Positions 31,434-40,560 of a stretch of 64,000 nucleotides of DNA are shown here, in pieces. Below the pieces are notes generated by a model. The model saw nothing but the letters and a program-made list of their open reading frames with translations. It was not told where the DNA came from and did no database searches. The stretch comes from an uncultured delta proteobacterium (GTDB lineage Bacteria; Myxococcota; UBA727; VGSZ01). A program made the translations under genes and the position numbers. The DNA lies in contig CAVZJB010000009.1 in NCBI GenBank assembly GCA_963775425.1, forward strand, positions 272,616 to 336,615. Direction: 5' to 3'. Position 1 is the stretch's first letter; each line of letters starts with the position of its first letter.

Positions 31434-32897
31434 TCAATACGAGCACGCGTCACCTTCGGCGACGAGCAGCGTGGAGCCGCCGATGTCGGCGCTCGCGTCG
31501 AAGTGCACGGTGCAGCCGACGATGGCCGAGACGCCCGGCTCGACGGGGACGCAGCGGTCGCCGTCGAGCGTGCACACCAGCGCGTCGTTCGGCGTGCACG
31601 CCGGCACAAAGACCTCGTCGAGCGGCTGCAGGATGCGCGCGGCGACGGCGGCGAGGACGTCGCCGCGGCCGGCGAAGTCGCATATGGAGCCGGACACGCC
31701 GAAGTTGGCGTCGACCACCGACTGCACGGCGCCGTCGACGCCGGAGGGAGAGCAGTCCTCGTTGGGGCCGGCGTTGGCGAGGGCGTGGACGCGGACCGAG
31801 AGCGTGCGCCCGTCGACGACGAGCTGGTCGAGCGCCGTCTGCGCCTGCGACGGCGTGAGGTTCGGGGTCTGGTCGGGGCTGTCACCGATGTACACGATGT
31901 GCAGTTGCGCGTCGGGCCGCAGGAACTCCCCGGTGTCGGTGGGGTACGCGGGCGCCGAGAAGTAGCCCGTCATGGAGCCGAGCGGCGTCTCGGTGCCGGA
32001 GCCGGCGAAGCTGCCGGCGTCCCAGAGCTGGCTCACGGCGCAGTCGAGATCCGTGCGAGCGTCGCTGGAGGTCTCGTCGACGAAGGGGGTGTTGCACAGC
32101 CGCGGGTCGCCGAAGGGGCCGACGGCGGCGTTGTTGAAGTCGTCGGTGTCGGTGACGGCGAAGCGCAGGTCGGCGCTGCGGGCGAAGACCGCGTCGAAGT
32201 GCGCGCCGATGGTGCCGATGATGTTGCCCTTGTCCGACATGGAGCCGGAGGCGTCGAGCACGTACAGCACGTCGTGACGCGCGCTGGGCGGCACGTTGAT
32301 CAGCACCGACGACGACGTGCTCACGCTGAAGTGGACGGGGATGGCGAAGTTGCCGCCGCCGACGTTGTCGTGGACGAGGACGCTGCCGGTGACGCCGGGC
32401 GGCGCGCCGACCTCCCAGGTGACGTTGAGCGTGGCGCCGCCCCCCTGGGCCAGCGCGAGGGTGGCGGGGGACACGCCGAGCACGGCGCGTGACGTCGTCA
32501 ACGTGAGGTCGACGTCGGCGAGCGCGGTGACGGCGACGCCGACCGAGAACGTGTGGCCCGCGCACATCGCGGGCTGCGCGGCGGCGGTGATCTCGGCGAC
32601 CGTGTCGATGAGGTCGACGGGCGGCTCGCCCTCTCCCTCGCCCTCGCCCTCGCCCTCGCCCTCTCCCTCGCCCTCGCCCTCGCCCTCGCCCTCGCCCGGC
32701 TCGCCCTCTCCCTCGCCGGGCTCGCCCTCCCCCTCGGCGCGGTCGCGGCACAGGCCGCCGTGGCAGATGCCGAAGCCTACGCAGTCGCCGTCGTCGGCGC
32801 ACTCGACCTGGCCGCGCAGCAGGCGGCACCCGGCGCCGCCGGCGACCAAGCACGCCAGGAGCAGGAGCGCGACCCCGGGGAGCAGCTCGCGGGTCAC
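31434..32897 (-). CDS. VWA (von Willebrand factor A) domain lipoprotein with GEGEGE linker
   Basis: GTG start overlaps the upstream stop (GTGA). Signal peptide with Cys. MIDAS motif DVLYVLDASGSMSD. (GEGEGE)n linker. Confidence 0.65.
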   Translation of the reverse strand: MTRELLPGVALLLLACLVAGGAGCRLLRGQVECADDGDCVGFGICHGGLCRDRAEGEGEPGEGEGEPGEGEGEGEGEGEGEGEGEGEGEGEPPVDLIDTVAEITAAAQPAMCAGHTFSVGVAVTALADVDLTLTTSRAVLGVSPATLALAQGGGATLNVTWEVGAPPGVTGSVLVHDNVGGGNFAIPVHFSVSTSSSVLINVPPSARHDVLYVLDASGSMSDKGNIIGTIGAHFDAVFARSADLRFAVTDTDDFNNAAVGPFGDPRLCNTPFVDETSSDARTDLDCAVSQLWDAGSFAGSGTETPLGSMTGYFSAPAYPTDTGEFLRPDAQLHIVYIGDSPDQTPNLTPSQAQTALDQLVVDGRTLSVRVHALANAGPNEDCSPSGVDGAVQSVVDANFGVSGSICDFAGRGDVLAAVAARILQPLDEVFVPACTPNDALVCTLDGDRCVPVEPGVSAIVGCTVHFDASADIGGSTLLVAEGDACSY

Positions 32898-33757
32898 GAT
32901 CCCCCCAGCAGCGCGCCGGCGCCGGCGAGCGCGAGGCCGACGACGGCGGCGCCGCCCGCGACGGCGGCGGTGAAGACGACGGGCGGGCCGATGTCGAGCG
33001 CCTGGCGCTTGTCGCTCGGCGTGGCGCCGCTCCCCGCGGCGAGGCGGTCGTCGAGGACGAGGGCGAAGACGCCGGCGCCGACGGCGGCGAGGCCGGCCAC
33101 CCCGGCGAGGCCGCCGCCGCCGACGAGGAGCACGCCGGGGAGCACCGGCGCGTCGCCGCCGGCCGGCTTGGCGGGCGCGGCGCTCGAGGCCACCGACGCC
33201 GGCACCAGCGGGTGGAGCACGCGGGCGGCGAGCTCTCCCAGGCGCGGCGTGAGCGCGCCCGCCGAGGGCGCCGTGACGCTCGCGCGCTCCAGCGTCTGGC
33301 TGCCGCCGACGTCGAAGAGCCACACCTGCAAGACGCGCTCGTCGCCGAGCTTGCCGAGCGTGCCGGTGACGACGTAGTGAGCGCCGAACGCACCGGCGAT
33401 CTCGGCGAGGCAGCCGGCGTCGTTGCAGCCGGCGGCGGCCTTGTTGGCCTCGAGCGTGATGAGCGTGCGGATGTCGTTGCCGGTGGCGACCTTCGGGCGC
33501 GCCGCCGCCGGCCACCCCTTCACCGCCGTGCCCACCGCCTCGGCGAACAGCCCGTCGACGACGCGCGCCTCGTCCTCGTCGACGCCGACCGGCTTGAGGT
33601 CGAGCACGAGCAGGTCCGCCGCGCCGGCGCTCTCCGCGCCGGCGCTCTCCGCGACGACGGGCGACCCGGGGCCGGGGGCGCCGGCGGCGAGCAGGGCGGC
33701 GAAAGTGGCGGGCAGCATCGGGGCGACCTTAGCGCGGCACCGTGGGTCTTCCTGCAA
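32894..33757 (-). CDS. Secreted hypothetical protein (TTG start)
   Basis: Signal peptide MLPATFAALLAAG. Translationally coupled to the VWA gene. Confidence 0.5.
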   Translation of the reverse strand: MQEDPRCRAKVAPMLPATFAALLAAGAPGPGSPVVAESAGAESAGAADLLVLDLKPVGVDEDEARVVDGLFAEAVGTAVKGWPAAARPKVATGNDIRTLITLEANKAAAGCNDAGCLAEIAGAFGAHYVVTGTLGKLGDERVLQVWLFDVGGSQTLERASVTAPSAGALTPRLGELAARVLHPLVPASVASSAAPAKPAGGDAPVLPGVLLVGGGGLAGVAGLAAVGAGVFALVLDDRLAAGSGATPSDKRQALDIGPPVVFTAAVAGGAAVVGLALAGAGALLGGS

Positions 33758-33802
33758 CCTTGATCACAGCGGCGTGCCCGACGACGACGGCGGCGCGGCG
33801 GA

Positions 33803-34126
33803 TCACGAGCCGCGGTAGGTGGAGTAGCCGAAGGGCGACAGCAGGAGCGGCACGTGGAAGTGCTGGGCTGCGTCCTTCACCACGAACGTGATCTGGGCGT
33901 GGGGATAGAACGTGTCCTGCCCGCTCTTTGCGTAGTGCGCGCCGACATCGAACGTCAGGCGGTGCGTCCCGGCGCCGACCTCGGCGAACGTCTTCACGCG
34001 GCCGTCGTCGTCGGTGACGGCGCTCTGCCTGTCCCCGAGCGTTGCGCCGCTCTCCAGCGTGACGGCGACGCCGGCGGCGGGCTGGCCGCGCGAGATGTCG
34101 AGGACGTGGGTGGTGATGCGGGCCAT
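33803..34126 (-). CDS. hiuH: 5-hydroxyisourate hydrolase (transthyretin-like)
   Basis: 107-aa protein ending in the diagnostic YRGS tetrapeptide. ATG at 34124-34126. Confidence 0.8.
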   Translation of the reverse strand: MARITTHVLDISRGQPAAGVAVTLESGATLGDRQSAVTDDDGRVKTFAEVGAGTHRLTFDVGAHYAKSGQDTFYPHAQITFVVKDAAQHFHVPLLLSPFGYSTYRGS

Positions 34127-34247
34127 GCGTCGTCTCCGGTCCGTGGTGATGGTGCCGACAAGAGTGCCTCGACGGGACGATAGCGCGCCGGCAAGCTCGA
34201 GCGGACGGTCCGGCGTCGCGCGCGTCCCCCTCGTTGGCCTCGAGGCG

Positions 34248-35135
34248 ATGCGAGGCGCGTGCGCCGCACCCTGCGTGCTCAAGCAGCGCACCGCGCTCAT
34301 CGGCGTGGCCGCCTGGTGCATCGCCGCGTGGTGCGGGTGCGACCGCCCCGCGCACGGGGGCGCCTGCAACGAGGACTCGGATTGCGCGGGCGCCTCCTGC
34401 GTCCTCGGCGCGTGCGTGGTCCCGGCCGTGGTGTGCGGAGACGGCAAGCTCGACGCGGGCGAGCAGTGCGACGACGGCGCGCGCGCAGCCGGTGACGGCT
34501 GCGACGCCCGCTGCCTGATCGAGGCGGGCTGGGACTGCGGCGGCGCGCCGAGCGTCTGCCAGCGCTGTGGCGACGGGGTGCAACAGGGCACCGAGGCGTG
34601 CGACGACGGCGGGCTCGCGCCCGGCGACGGCTGCACCGCGGCGTGCTCCGTCGAGAGCGGCTACGCCTGCGCCGGCGCGCCGAGCGCGTGCGCCCCGGTG
34701 TGCGACGACGGCACGGCGACGCCGGCGACGGCTGCGACGAGAGCTGCGCGGTCGAGACGGGCTTTGCCTGCGACGACGGCGAGCCCTCGACGTGCATGGC
34801 CGTCTGTGGCGACGGGCTCGTGCGCGGCGCCGAGGGCTGCGACGACGCCAACGCCGCCGCCGGCTGCGACGCCGGCTGCACCCCGACCGTCGGCTTCGCG
34901 TGCGACGCCTCCGAGCCGTCGGTCTGCCGGACCTTGCAACGGGCGCGACCGCCTTGCACGGCGTCGACGCGAGCGAGCTTGTGCTCACGCCGACGGGCGC
35001 AACGCGATCCCCCCTCCCCGCGGTGGTCGCCGCCGCCGGTGCGCACGAGAGCCCTCCACACCGCTGCGAAGTCGCCACAGCGACACCGCTCCCAATTCCG
35101 TTTCGACTATTCCGCTATGCGGATCACTTCTCTAG
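34248..35135 (+). CDS. Myxococcus cysteine-rich repeat protein (CGDG...E.CDDG...GDGC units); a -1 frameshift near 34715 splits the repeats across two frames; true 3' end uncertain
   Basis: ATG at 34248 with a signal peptide. The repeats CGDGKLDAGEQCDDGARAAGDGC... continue in the -1 frame as DAGDGCDESCAVETGFACDDGEPSTC.... Confidence 0.45.
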   Translation: MRGACAAPCVLKQRTALIGVAAWCIAAWCGCDRPAHGGACNEDSDCAGASCVLGACVVPAVVCGDGKLDAGEQCDDGARAAGDGCDARCLIEAGWDCGGAPSVCQRCGDGVQQGTEACDDGGLAPGDGCTAACSVESGYACAGAPSACAPVCDDGTATPATAATRAARSRRALPATTASPRRAWPSVATGSCAAPRAATTPTPPPAATPAAPRPSASRATPPSRRSAGPCNGRDRLARRRRERACAHADGRNAIPPPRGGRRRRCAREPSTPLRSRHSDTAPNSVSTIPLCGSLL

Positions 35136-36652
35136 GCGAGCCTGGCCAACCGAAGCGCGGTGATCCTCTTCTGCTCCTCGGCCGCGTTCTTGATCTCGGC
35201 GTCGCGGTCGTTCTTCACGCGCTCCTCGAGGATGGCGAGCATCTCCGCCGCCGACTTCCCCGACGCCATCACGATGAAGATGAAGCCGTGCTTGGCGAAA
35301 TACGCGTCGTTTTGCGCGGCGAGGCGCGCCTTGACGTCGTCGACGGCGCCGCCGACGGCGCGCTGCTCGTCGTCGGACCACGCGCGGGACGCTGCCGTCG
35401 CTGCCGCGGCCGCTCCGCCGCCGATGCGCGGGTGCGCCGCGAAAGCCTCGAGCCAGTCGTCGGTGACGAGGGCGTTGAACGCGGCGCGCACCGACTCGTC
35501 CAAGGCGCTCGGCGCGAGGAACGGCCGCGCCGCCAGCATCTTCTTCGCCCACGTGCATGAGCCGCAGCAGGAGAGGAACGCCGCCTCCGCCTCGGCGGGC
35601 GGCATGGCGTTCAGGCGCTTGACGCGCAGGGCCGCGCGCTCGTCGTCGTCGACGCGGGCGAACACGCGGAAGCGCGCGACGCCGCCGTCGGGGTGGACGC
35701 GGAGGCGAACGTGCGACACCGCCGGTTGCGCGCCCGACAAGGGGAACACGTGCCGCGTGTGCGGCCGCAGTTGCGTGCGCGGGAACAGCTCGCGCCACTC
35801 GCCGTCTGCGGAGCTGCCGGCGTCGACCGCGAAGCTCTCGGGGCAGTTGCCCTTGAAGTGCGACGTGTCGACGACGAGCCGCGTGGGCGTCGACCGCGCG
35901 CCGAGCTTCACGACGGCCCAGTCGTAGCCCGCGCGGCGCGCGCGGCGGGTCTCCCACCCGTCGTGCATGCCGCCGCTGTGCCCGGGGAAGAGCAGGTTGT
36001 GGCGGGAGCCGAAGAACATGTCGCTGCAGGCGAGGACGACGCCACCGAGCTCGGCGCCGGACACCTCGAGCTCGCCGTCGAGGCCGCCGTGGAGACGGAA
36101 GTCGGGCAGGGGCTCGCCGTACACACGCAGCCGCGCGACGCCGCCGTCGGGGAAGATGCGCAGGCGCACGTGGGTGAAGCGGTACGGCGACGACACCGCG
36201 AAGTCGTTCTTGGCGTTGCCGAGGAGGGGCGAGCGCGGCAACAGCGGGAACCACTCCGCGTGCTTGGCGATCTCTTGCGCGCTCGGGTAGCCGTCCACGC
36301 TCGTGCCCTCGAGCGCGCAGTGCGACGGGAAGTTGCCGCGGAAGAACGCGGTGTCGACGACGACGCCGCGGATGACGCCCGGTGCCCCGAGCCGCACCAC
36401 GCAGAAGTCCTCGTGCCACTCACCGTCGCGCGCGCCGCTGTTCTCGCGGTGGCTGCGCCGGCTCTCCCAGCCGTCCATCCACTTGCCGCGGTCGGTGTAC
36501 GCGTCCTCGTCCCAGACGGGCTCCTTGGCCTTCACGAGGTTTTCCATGCCGGCGAAGAAGTCGTCGCTGCACACCACGGCGGCGCCGCCGAGCCGCTCGT
36601 TGGCCAGGTCGACGAGGTCCTCGAACGAAGCGATGGCGTGCGTCGTCGTCAT
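35132..36652 (-). CDS. Allantoicase (two allantoicase repeats) fused to OHCU decarboxylase
   Basis: N-terminal ~330 aa carries duplicated allantoicase motifs. C-terminal ~170 aa (AHPRIGG...FIFIVMASGKSAAEMLAILEERVKNDRDAEIKNAAEEQ) matches 2-oxo-4-hydroxy-4-carboxy-5-ureidoimidazoline decarboxylase. Confidence 0.75.
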   Translation of the reverse strand: MTTTHAIASFEDLVDLANERLGGAAVVCSDDFFAGMENLVKAKEPVWDEDAYTDRGKWMDGWESRRSHRENSGARDGEWHEDFCVVRLGAPGVIRGVVVDTAFFRGNFPSHCALEGTSVDGYPSAQEIAKHAEWFPLLPRSPLLGNAKNDFAVSSPYRFTHVRLRIFPDGGVARLRVYGEPLPDFRLHGGLDGELEVSGAELGGVVLACSDMFFGSRHNLLFPGHSGGMHDGWETRRARRAGYDWAVVKLGARSTPTRLVVDTSHFKGNCPESFAVDAGSSADGEWRELFPRTQLRPHTRHVFPLSGAQPAVSHVRLRVHPDGGVARFRVFARVDDDERAALRVKRLNAMPPAEAEAAFLSCCGSCTWAKKMLAARPFLAPSALDESVRAAFNALVTDDWLEAFAAHPRIGGGAAAAATAASRAWSDDEQRAVGGAVDDVKARLAAQNDAYFAKHGFIFIVMASGKSAAEMLAILEERVKNDRDAEIKNAAEEQKRITALRLARLA

Positions 36653-36709
36653 GGCCGGGTTGTCGGCCGCGCCGGGGGAAATGACAAGGCACTATCGCGT
36701 GCGGACGGG

Positions 36710-38164
36710 TCAACCGCGGCCGAGGATCAGCCGGCCGTCGCGCGCGGTGACGTCGTCGCCGCGGCGAAAGACCTGTTGCCCGCGCAGCCACGTGGAGCGC
36801 ACCACGCCGAACAGCTCGCGGCCGTGGTACGGCGTGAGCTTGTTCTTGTGCGCGAGCTTCTCCTGGTCGACGACGAAGGTCGCGTCGGGGTCGATGACGG
36901 CGAAGTCGGCGTCCTTGCCCTTGGCGATGCTCCCCTTGCGAGAGAGCCCCGCGAGGAGCGCGGGCTCTTCGCTCATCCAGCGCGCCACGTCGACGAGCGT
37001 CCGTCCGCGGGCGCGCGCGCCGGTCCACGTGGCGGGCAGCGTGAGCTGGAGCGAGGAGATGCCGCCCCACGCGGCGTCGAAGTCGCCGCGCTCGACCTGC
37101 TTGAGAGCGACGGTGCACGGCGAGTGGTCGCTGACCACGCTGTCGAGGACGCCGCGGGCGAGCGCGTCCCAGAGGGCGTCCTGGTTTTCGCGCTCGCGGA
37201 TGGGCGGCGTGCACTTGAACCAGGTGGCGCCGTCGTCGATCTCCTCGGCGCAAAACGACAGGTAGTGCGGGCAGGTCTCGACGGTGAGCGGCAGGCCGTC
37301 GTCGCGCGCGTCCTCCAGCAGGGCCAGGGCCTCCGACGACGAGTGATGCACGATGTGCACGGGCCCACCGCGGGCGCGACACATGCGGACCATGAGCTCG
37401 ACGGCGGCGTTCTCCGACGCCTTGGGCCGGCTCTCGAGGTGGAAGCGATAGCTCCGCCGCGACAAGGCGCCGGAGGCGAGGGCGGCCTCGAGCGCGTGCG
37501 CGGCCTCGTCGATGGGCCCCTGCAATTCGGCGTGGGCGAGCAACGGGGCGCGCGCGTCCCGCAGGATCCCGAGGGAGCGATCCAGGTCCGCCTCGGAGAC
37601 GTTCTTGAACTCGGGGACGCCCGAGTCGATGAGGAAGCACTTGAAGCCGAGCACGCCGCGCTCGACCAGCGGGACCAGGTCCTCGTGGTTCCCCGGCACC
37701 ACGCCGCCCCAGAAGCCGACGTCGACGGCGAGCTGGTTCTTGGCGGCGTCGAGCTTGTCCTCGAACGCGGCGACGCTCGTGGTGGGCGGCAGGGAATTGA
37801 GCGGCATGTCGACGAGGGTGGTGACGCCGCCGCGCGAGGCCGCTTGCGTGGCGGTGGCGAACCCCTCCCACGCCGTGCGCCCGGGCTCGTTCACGTGCAC
37901 GTGGCTGTCGACGAGGCCGGGCATCACGAGCGAATCGAGGAAGTCCACGACGTCGACGCCGACGGGCACGCGGCCGCGCTCAACGACGTCTACGATCGCG
38001 CCGCCGTCGTCGACGAGCACCGCCGCCGGCCGCACGGCGCCGCCGGTGACCACGCGCGTCGACGTGAACGCCCGCGCGATCCCCCCGGCGGGCGCGCCGC
38101 CGCGCCACGCCGAGCGACCCTCGTCGTGGCGTGGGGGCTTGTTGTCGCTCGCCCCCGTCGTCAC
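36710..38164 (-). CDS. allB: Allantoinase (cyclic amidohydrolase)
   Basis: DSHVHVNEPG metal-binding motif and amidohydrolase fold. GTG start overlaps the upstream stop (GTGA). The Arg-rich N-terminal extension of ORF 36710..38581 was rejected. Confidence 0.75.
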   Translation of the reverse strand: MTTGASDNKPPRHDEGRSAWRGGAPAGGIARAFTSTRVVTGGAVRPAAVLVDDGGAIVDVVERGRVPVGVDVVDFLDSLVMPGLVDSHVHVNEPGRTAWEGFATATQAASRGGVTTLVDMPLNSLPPTTSVAAFEDKLDAAKNQLAVDVGFWGGVVPGNHEDLVPLVERGVLGFKCFLIDSGVPEFKNVSEADLDRSLGILRDARAPLLAHAELQGPIDEAAHALEAALASGALSRRSYRFHLESRPKASENAAVELMVRMCRARGGPVHIVHHSSSEALALLEDARDDGLPLTVETCPHYLSFCAEEIDDGATWFKCTPPIRERENQDALWDALARGVLDSVVSDHSPCTVALKQVERGDFDAAWGGISSLQLTLPATWTGARARGRTLVDVARWMSEEPALLAGLSRKGSIAKGKDADFAVIDPDATFVVDQEKLAHKNKLTPYHGRELFGVVRSTWLRGQQVFRRGDDVTARDGRLILGRG

Positions 38165-39807
38165 GGCGCCCCCGCGGCCGCGGGGCCGAAGGCGAAGTCG
38201 GCGGTGACCTCGCCGCCGGCGGGCACCGTCACGTGCACCGTCTTCTTGCCGCCGGCGTCGCTCCACGCGGTGAGCTCGACGTCGCCGGCGGGGACGCCGT
38301 CGAGGACGAAGGCCCCGTCGTCCTTGGTGACGGCGAACCACGGGTCGTCGACGACGCCGATGTGGTTGATCATCCACGGGTGGATGTCGCAGCGCGTCTC
38401 CACCATCAGCTCGGGCGCACGGAACACCTTGGTGTCCCGCTGCCCCTGCGCGGGCTGGTTGATGCTGAAGGTGTCGTTGTTTTGCGCCACCGAGCGGATG
38501 TTGTGAAAGACCGGGTCGGTGTTCACGAAGGTGACGGGCTGTCCCACGCGCACGCCGCTCACGCGCGGCTGGTAGAGGCACCCCTTCTGCTCGACGGTGA
38601 CCTCGCCCTGCGGCGCGGGGATGGCGTACTTGTCGACGCCGCCGGTGACGGCGACGAACGCCTCCGCGAGCTTTCCGTCATGAACGACCGCGGCGGGGAT
38701 GGACAGCGGCCCGTCGTGGCCGGCCTCACAGCCGCCGTAGAGCGCCACCTCGCGTGGCGCGGGGACGTCCCCCTGCCATGTGACGCTGCCGCGGATGCGG
38801 CCGGTGGCCGTGATGGGCGTGCCCGTCTTGGCTGCGTTCACGACGGGCGCGGCGCGGTCGTGGTCCGAGGCCAGCGTGCCCGCGACGGACGCGACGATGG
38901 TGACGACGACGAGCGTGCCGAGGAAGCCGAGCATGACCGTGGCCGGCGGGTCCACCTTGTTCATCCACCACTTCACGCCGGCGCCGGCGCAGCAGACCAC
39001 GACGAGGATCACCCAGTTCCACCCGATGGTGGTGCCGGCCACGTGGGCGGCGGCGCCGTAGGTGAACGGGAAGTGGTTGGAGATCATGATGAAGATGACC
39101 GGGTAGGTCATGTAGTGGTTGTGCTTGCTGCGGCGCTTGGCCGAGTACGCCTTGGCCGCGTCGGGCTCCTTGCCCGTCTTCACGCTCTCGACGAGGTTTC
39201 GCTGCGCCGGGATGATGCGCATCCAGACGTTGGCCACCATGCACGTGCCCATCACCGCCGCGGTGTGGATGTACGCCGCGCGGCCCGACAGGAGGTGCGT
39301 GAACGCGAAGGCGATGGCCGCGAGGCCGATGACCGAGATGGCCACCGTGAGCGGCGGGTTCTGCGACGCGGCGCCGGCGAGCCGGGAGGACCACAGGAGG
39401 TCGTAGGCGACCCAAGCGACGACGAGCGTGCCCATGCAGATGGCGGTGGCCACCTGATGCGAGACCACCGGGTGAGCGGCGTCGACGAGGAGGACGCCGC
39501 CGCCGAGGTGGTAGAGCACGATGAGGAGGAAGAAGCCGGTCATCCAGGTGAACGCGGCCTCCCACTTGAACCAGTGAAGCGTCGACGGCAGCGCGCTCGG
39601 CGCCACCAGCTTCTTTTCGACCTCGTAGAAGCCGCCGGAGTGCACCATCCACAGGACTCCCTCGAGCCCCTCCCGCTTCTCCTTGGGCTTCTCCATGTGG
39701 CTGTCGAGCCAATGGAAGAAGATGGACGAGCCGATCCACATGATGCCGGCGATGAGGTGCGCCCAACGCAGGACGAGGTTCAAGCCTTCACTGACGAGCG
39801 GATTCAT
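38161..39807 (-). CDS. PuuD-like (DUF989) integral membrane protein fused to a periplasmic type-1 copper cupredoxin domain; candidate membrane urate hydroxylase
   Basis: N-terminal ~330-aa multi-TM domain resembling urate hydroxylase PuuD. C-terminal TFVNTDPVFHN...ETRCDIHPWM carries a His/Cys-x2-His-x2-Met blue-copper site. Confidence 0.6.
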   Translation of the reverse strand: MNPLVSEGLNLVLRWAHLIAGIMWIGSSIFFHWLDSHMEKPKEKREGLEGVLWMVHSGGFYEVEKKLVAPSALPSTLHWFKWEAAFTWMTGFFLLIVLYHLGGGVLLVDAAHPVVSHQVATAICMGTLVVAWVAYDLLWSSRLAGAASQNPPLTVAISVIGLAAIAFAFTHLLSGRAAYIHTAAVMGTCMVANVWMRIIPAQRNLVESVKTGKEPDAAKAYSAKRRSKHNHYMTYPVIFIMISNHFPFTYGAAAHVAGTTIGWNWVILVVVCCAGAGVKWWMNKVDPPATVMLGFLGTLVVVTIVASVAGTLASDHDRAAPVVNAAKTGTPITATGRIRGSVTWQGDVPAPREVALYGGCEAGHDGPLSIPAAVVHDGKLAEAFVAVTGGVDKYAIPAPQGEVTVEQKGCLYQPRVSGVRVGQPVTFVNTDPVFHNIRSVAQNNDTFSINQPAQGQRDTKVFRAPELMVETRCDIHPWMINHIGVVDDPWFAVTKDDGAFVLDGVPAGDVELTAWSDAGGKKTVHVTVPAGGEVTADFAFGPAAAGAP

Positions 39808-40495
39808 CGACGATCTCTTTCGCGCTGAAGGTGTTGTCTGCCCAGGTATGCACGGGCACGCGGCGCGCGTCGAGGAGCGCGGTGCGCACCGGGTGGGCGA
39901 TGGCGCCGTCGGCGCCCGCGACGCCGTAGACGTTGAAGAGCGACGCGAACGCCTCCACCACGTCGGGCGCGCCCGTGGCGAGGGTGAACCCCGCGTCGCC
40001 GGCGACCGCGAAGCGCGCCGCGTACGCGCGCAGCGCCGCCGGCGTGTCCCGCGCCGGATCGAGCGTGACGACGAGGACGCGGGCGCCGTCGCGGCGTGCC
40101 TCGGCGAGCTTCTTCATGGTGAGCGGACACATGGTCTCGACGGGGCAGTGCGTATAGACAAAGCCCACGGCGACGGGCCCGGCGACGTCACCAAGCTCGA
40201 ACGCTTGCCCGTCCTGGTCGACGAGCGGAAACGACGGCACCGGTTGTCCGGGCCGCCACGCGGCGACGTCGGCGCGCCAGGCGTCGTGGCTGCGACAGGA
40301 CGTGAGCGCGAGCGCGGCGCCGAGGAGCGCGGCGCACACCGTCGGCCACGAGGCACGTTCGTCAGGGCGCACCTGGGGGCCAATAGCGGCGATGACGGCG
40401 GGTGCCAACGGCGGGGGCGCGCGGCGCCGTGAGGTCGGAGGCAACACGAGCGCGCCCACGCTGTGACGGTAGCGCGCCCGAGCGGGCGTGGGCAT
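39788..40495 (-). CDS. SCO1/SenC-like thioredoxin-fold copper chaperone lipoprotein
   Basis: Lipobox LALTSC and a YTHCPVETMCP motif in a thioredoxin-like fold. Its stop overlaps the PuuD-like gene start. Confidence 0.6.
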   Translation of the reverse strand: MPTPARARYRHSVGALVLPPTSRRRAPPPLAPAVIAAIGPQVRPDERASWPTVCAALLGAALALTSCRSHDAWRADVAAWRPGQPVPSFPLVDQDGQAFELGDVAGPVAVGFVYTHCPVETMCPLTMKKLAEARRDGARVLVVTLDPARDTPAALRAYAARFAVAGDAGFTLATGAPDVVEAFASLFNVYGVAGADGAIAHPVRTALLDARRVPVHTWADNTFSAKEIVDESARQ

Positions 40496-40560
40496 TGACG
40501 GTCCGTCCGGCGGGAAGGAAACGGGCTGATGATCCTCTGCACGCCTTCCCCGGTCGGCCC

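Noticed and set aside
39788-40495. Possible frameshift in the SCO1-like gene because of the C-x5-C (not C-x3-C) motif
   Set aside because: The ORF is continuous and the thioredoxin-fold context is intact. It is more likely a natural motif variant. Flagged only as a caveat.
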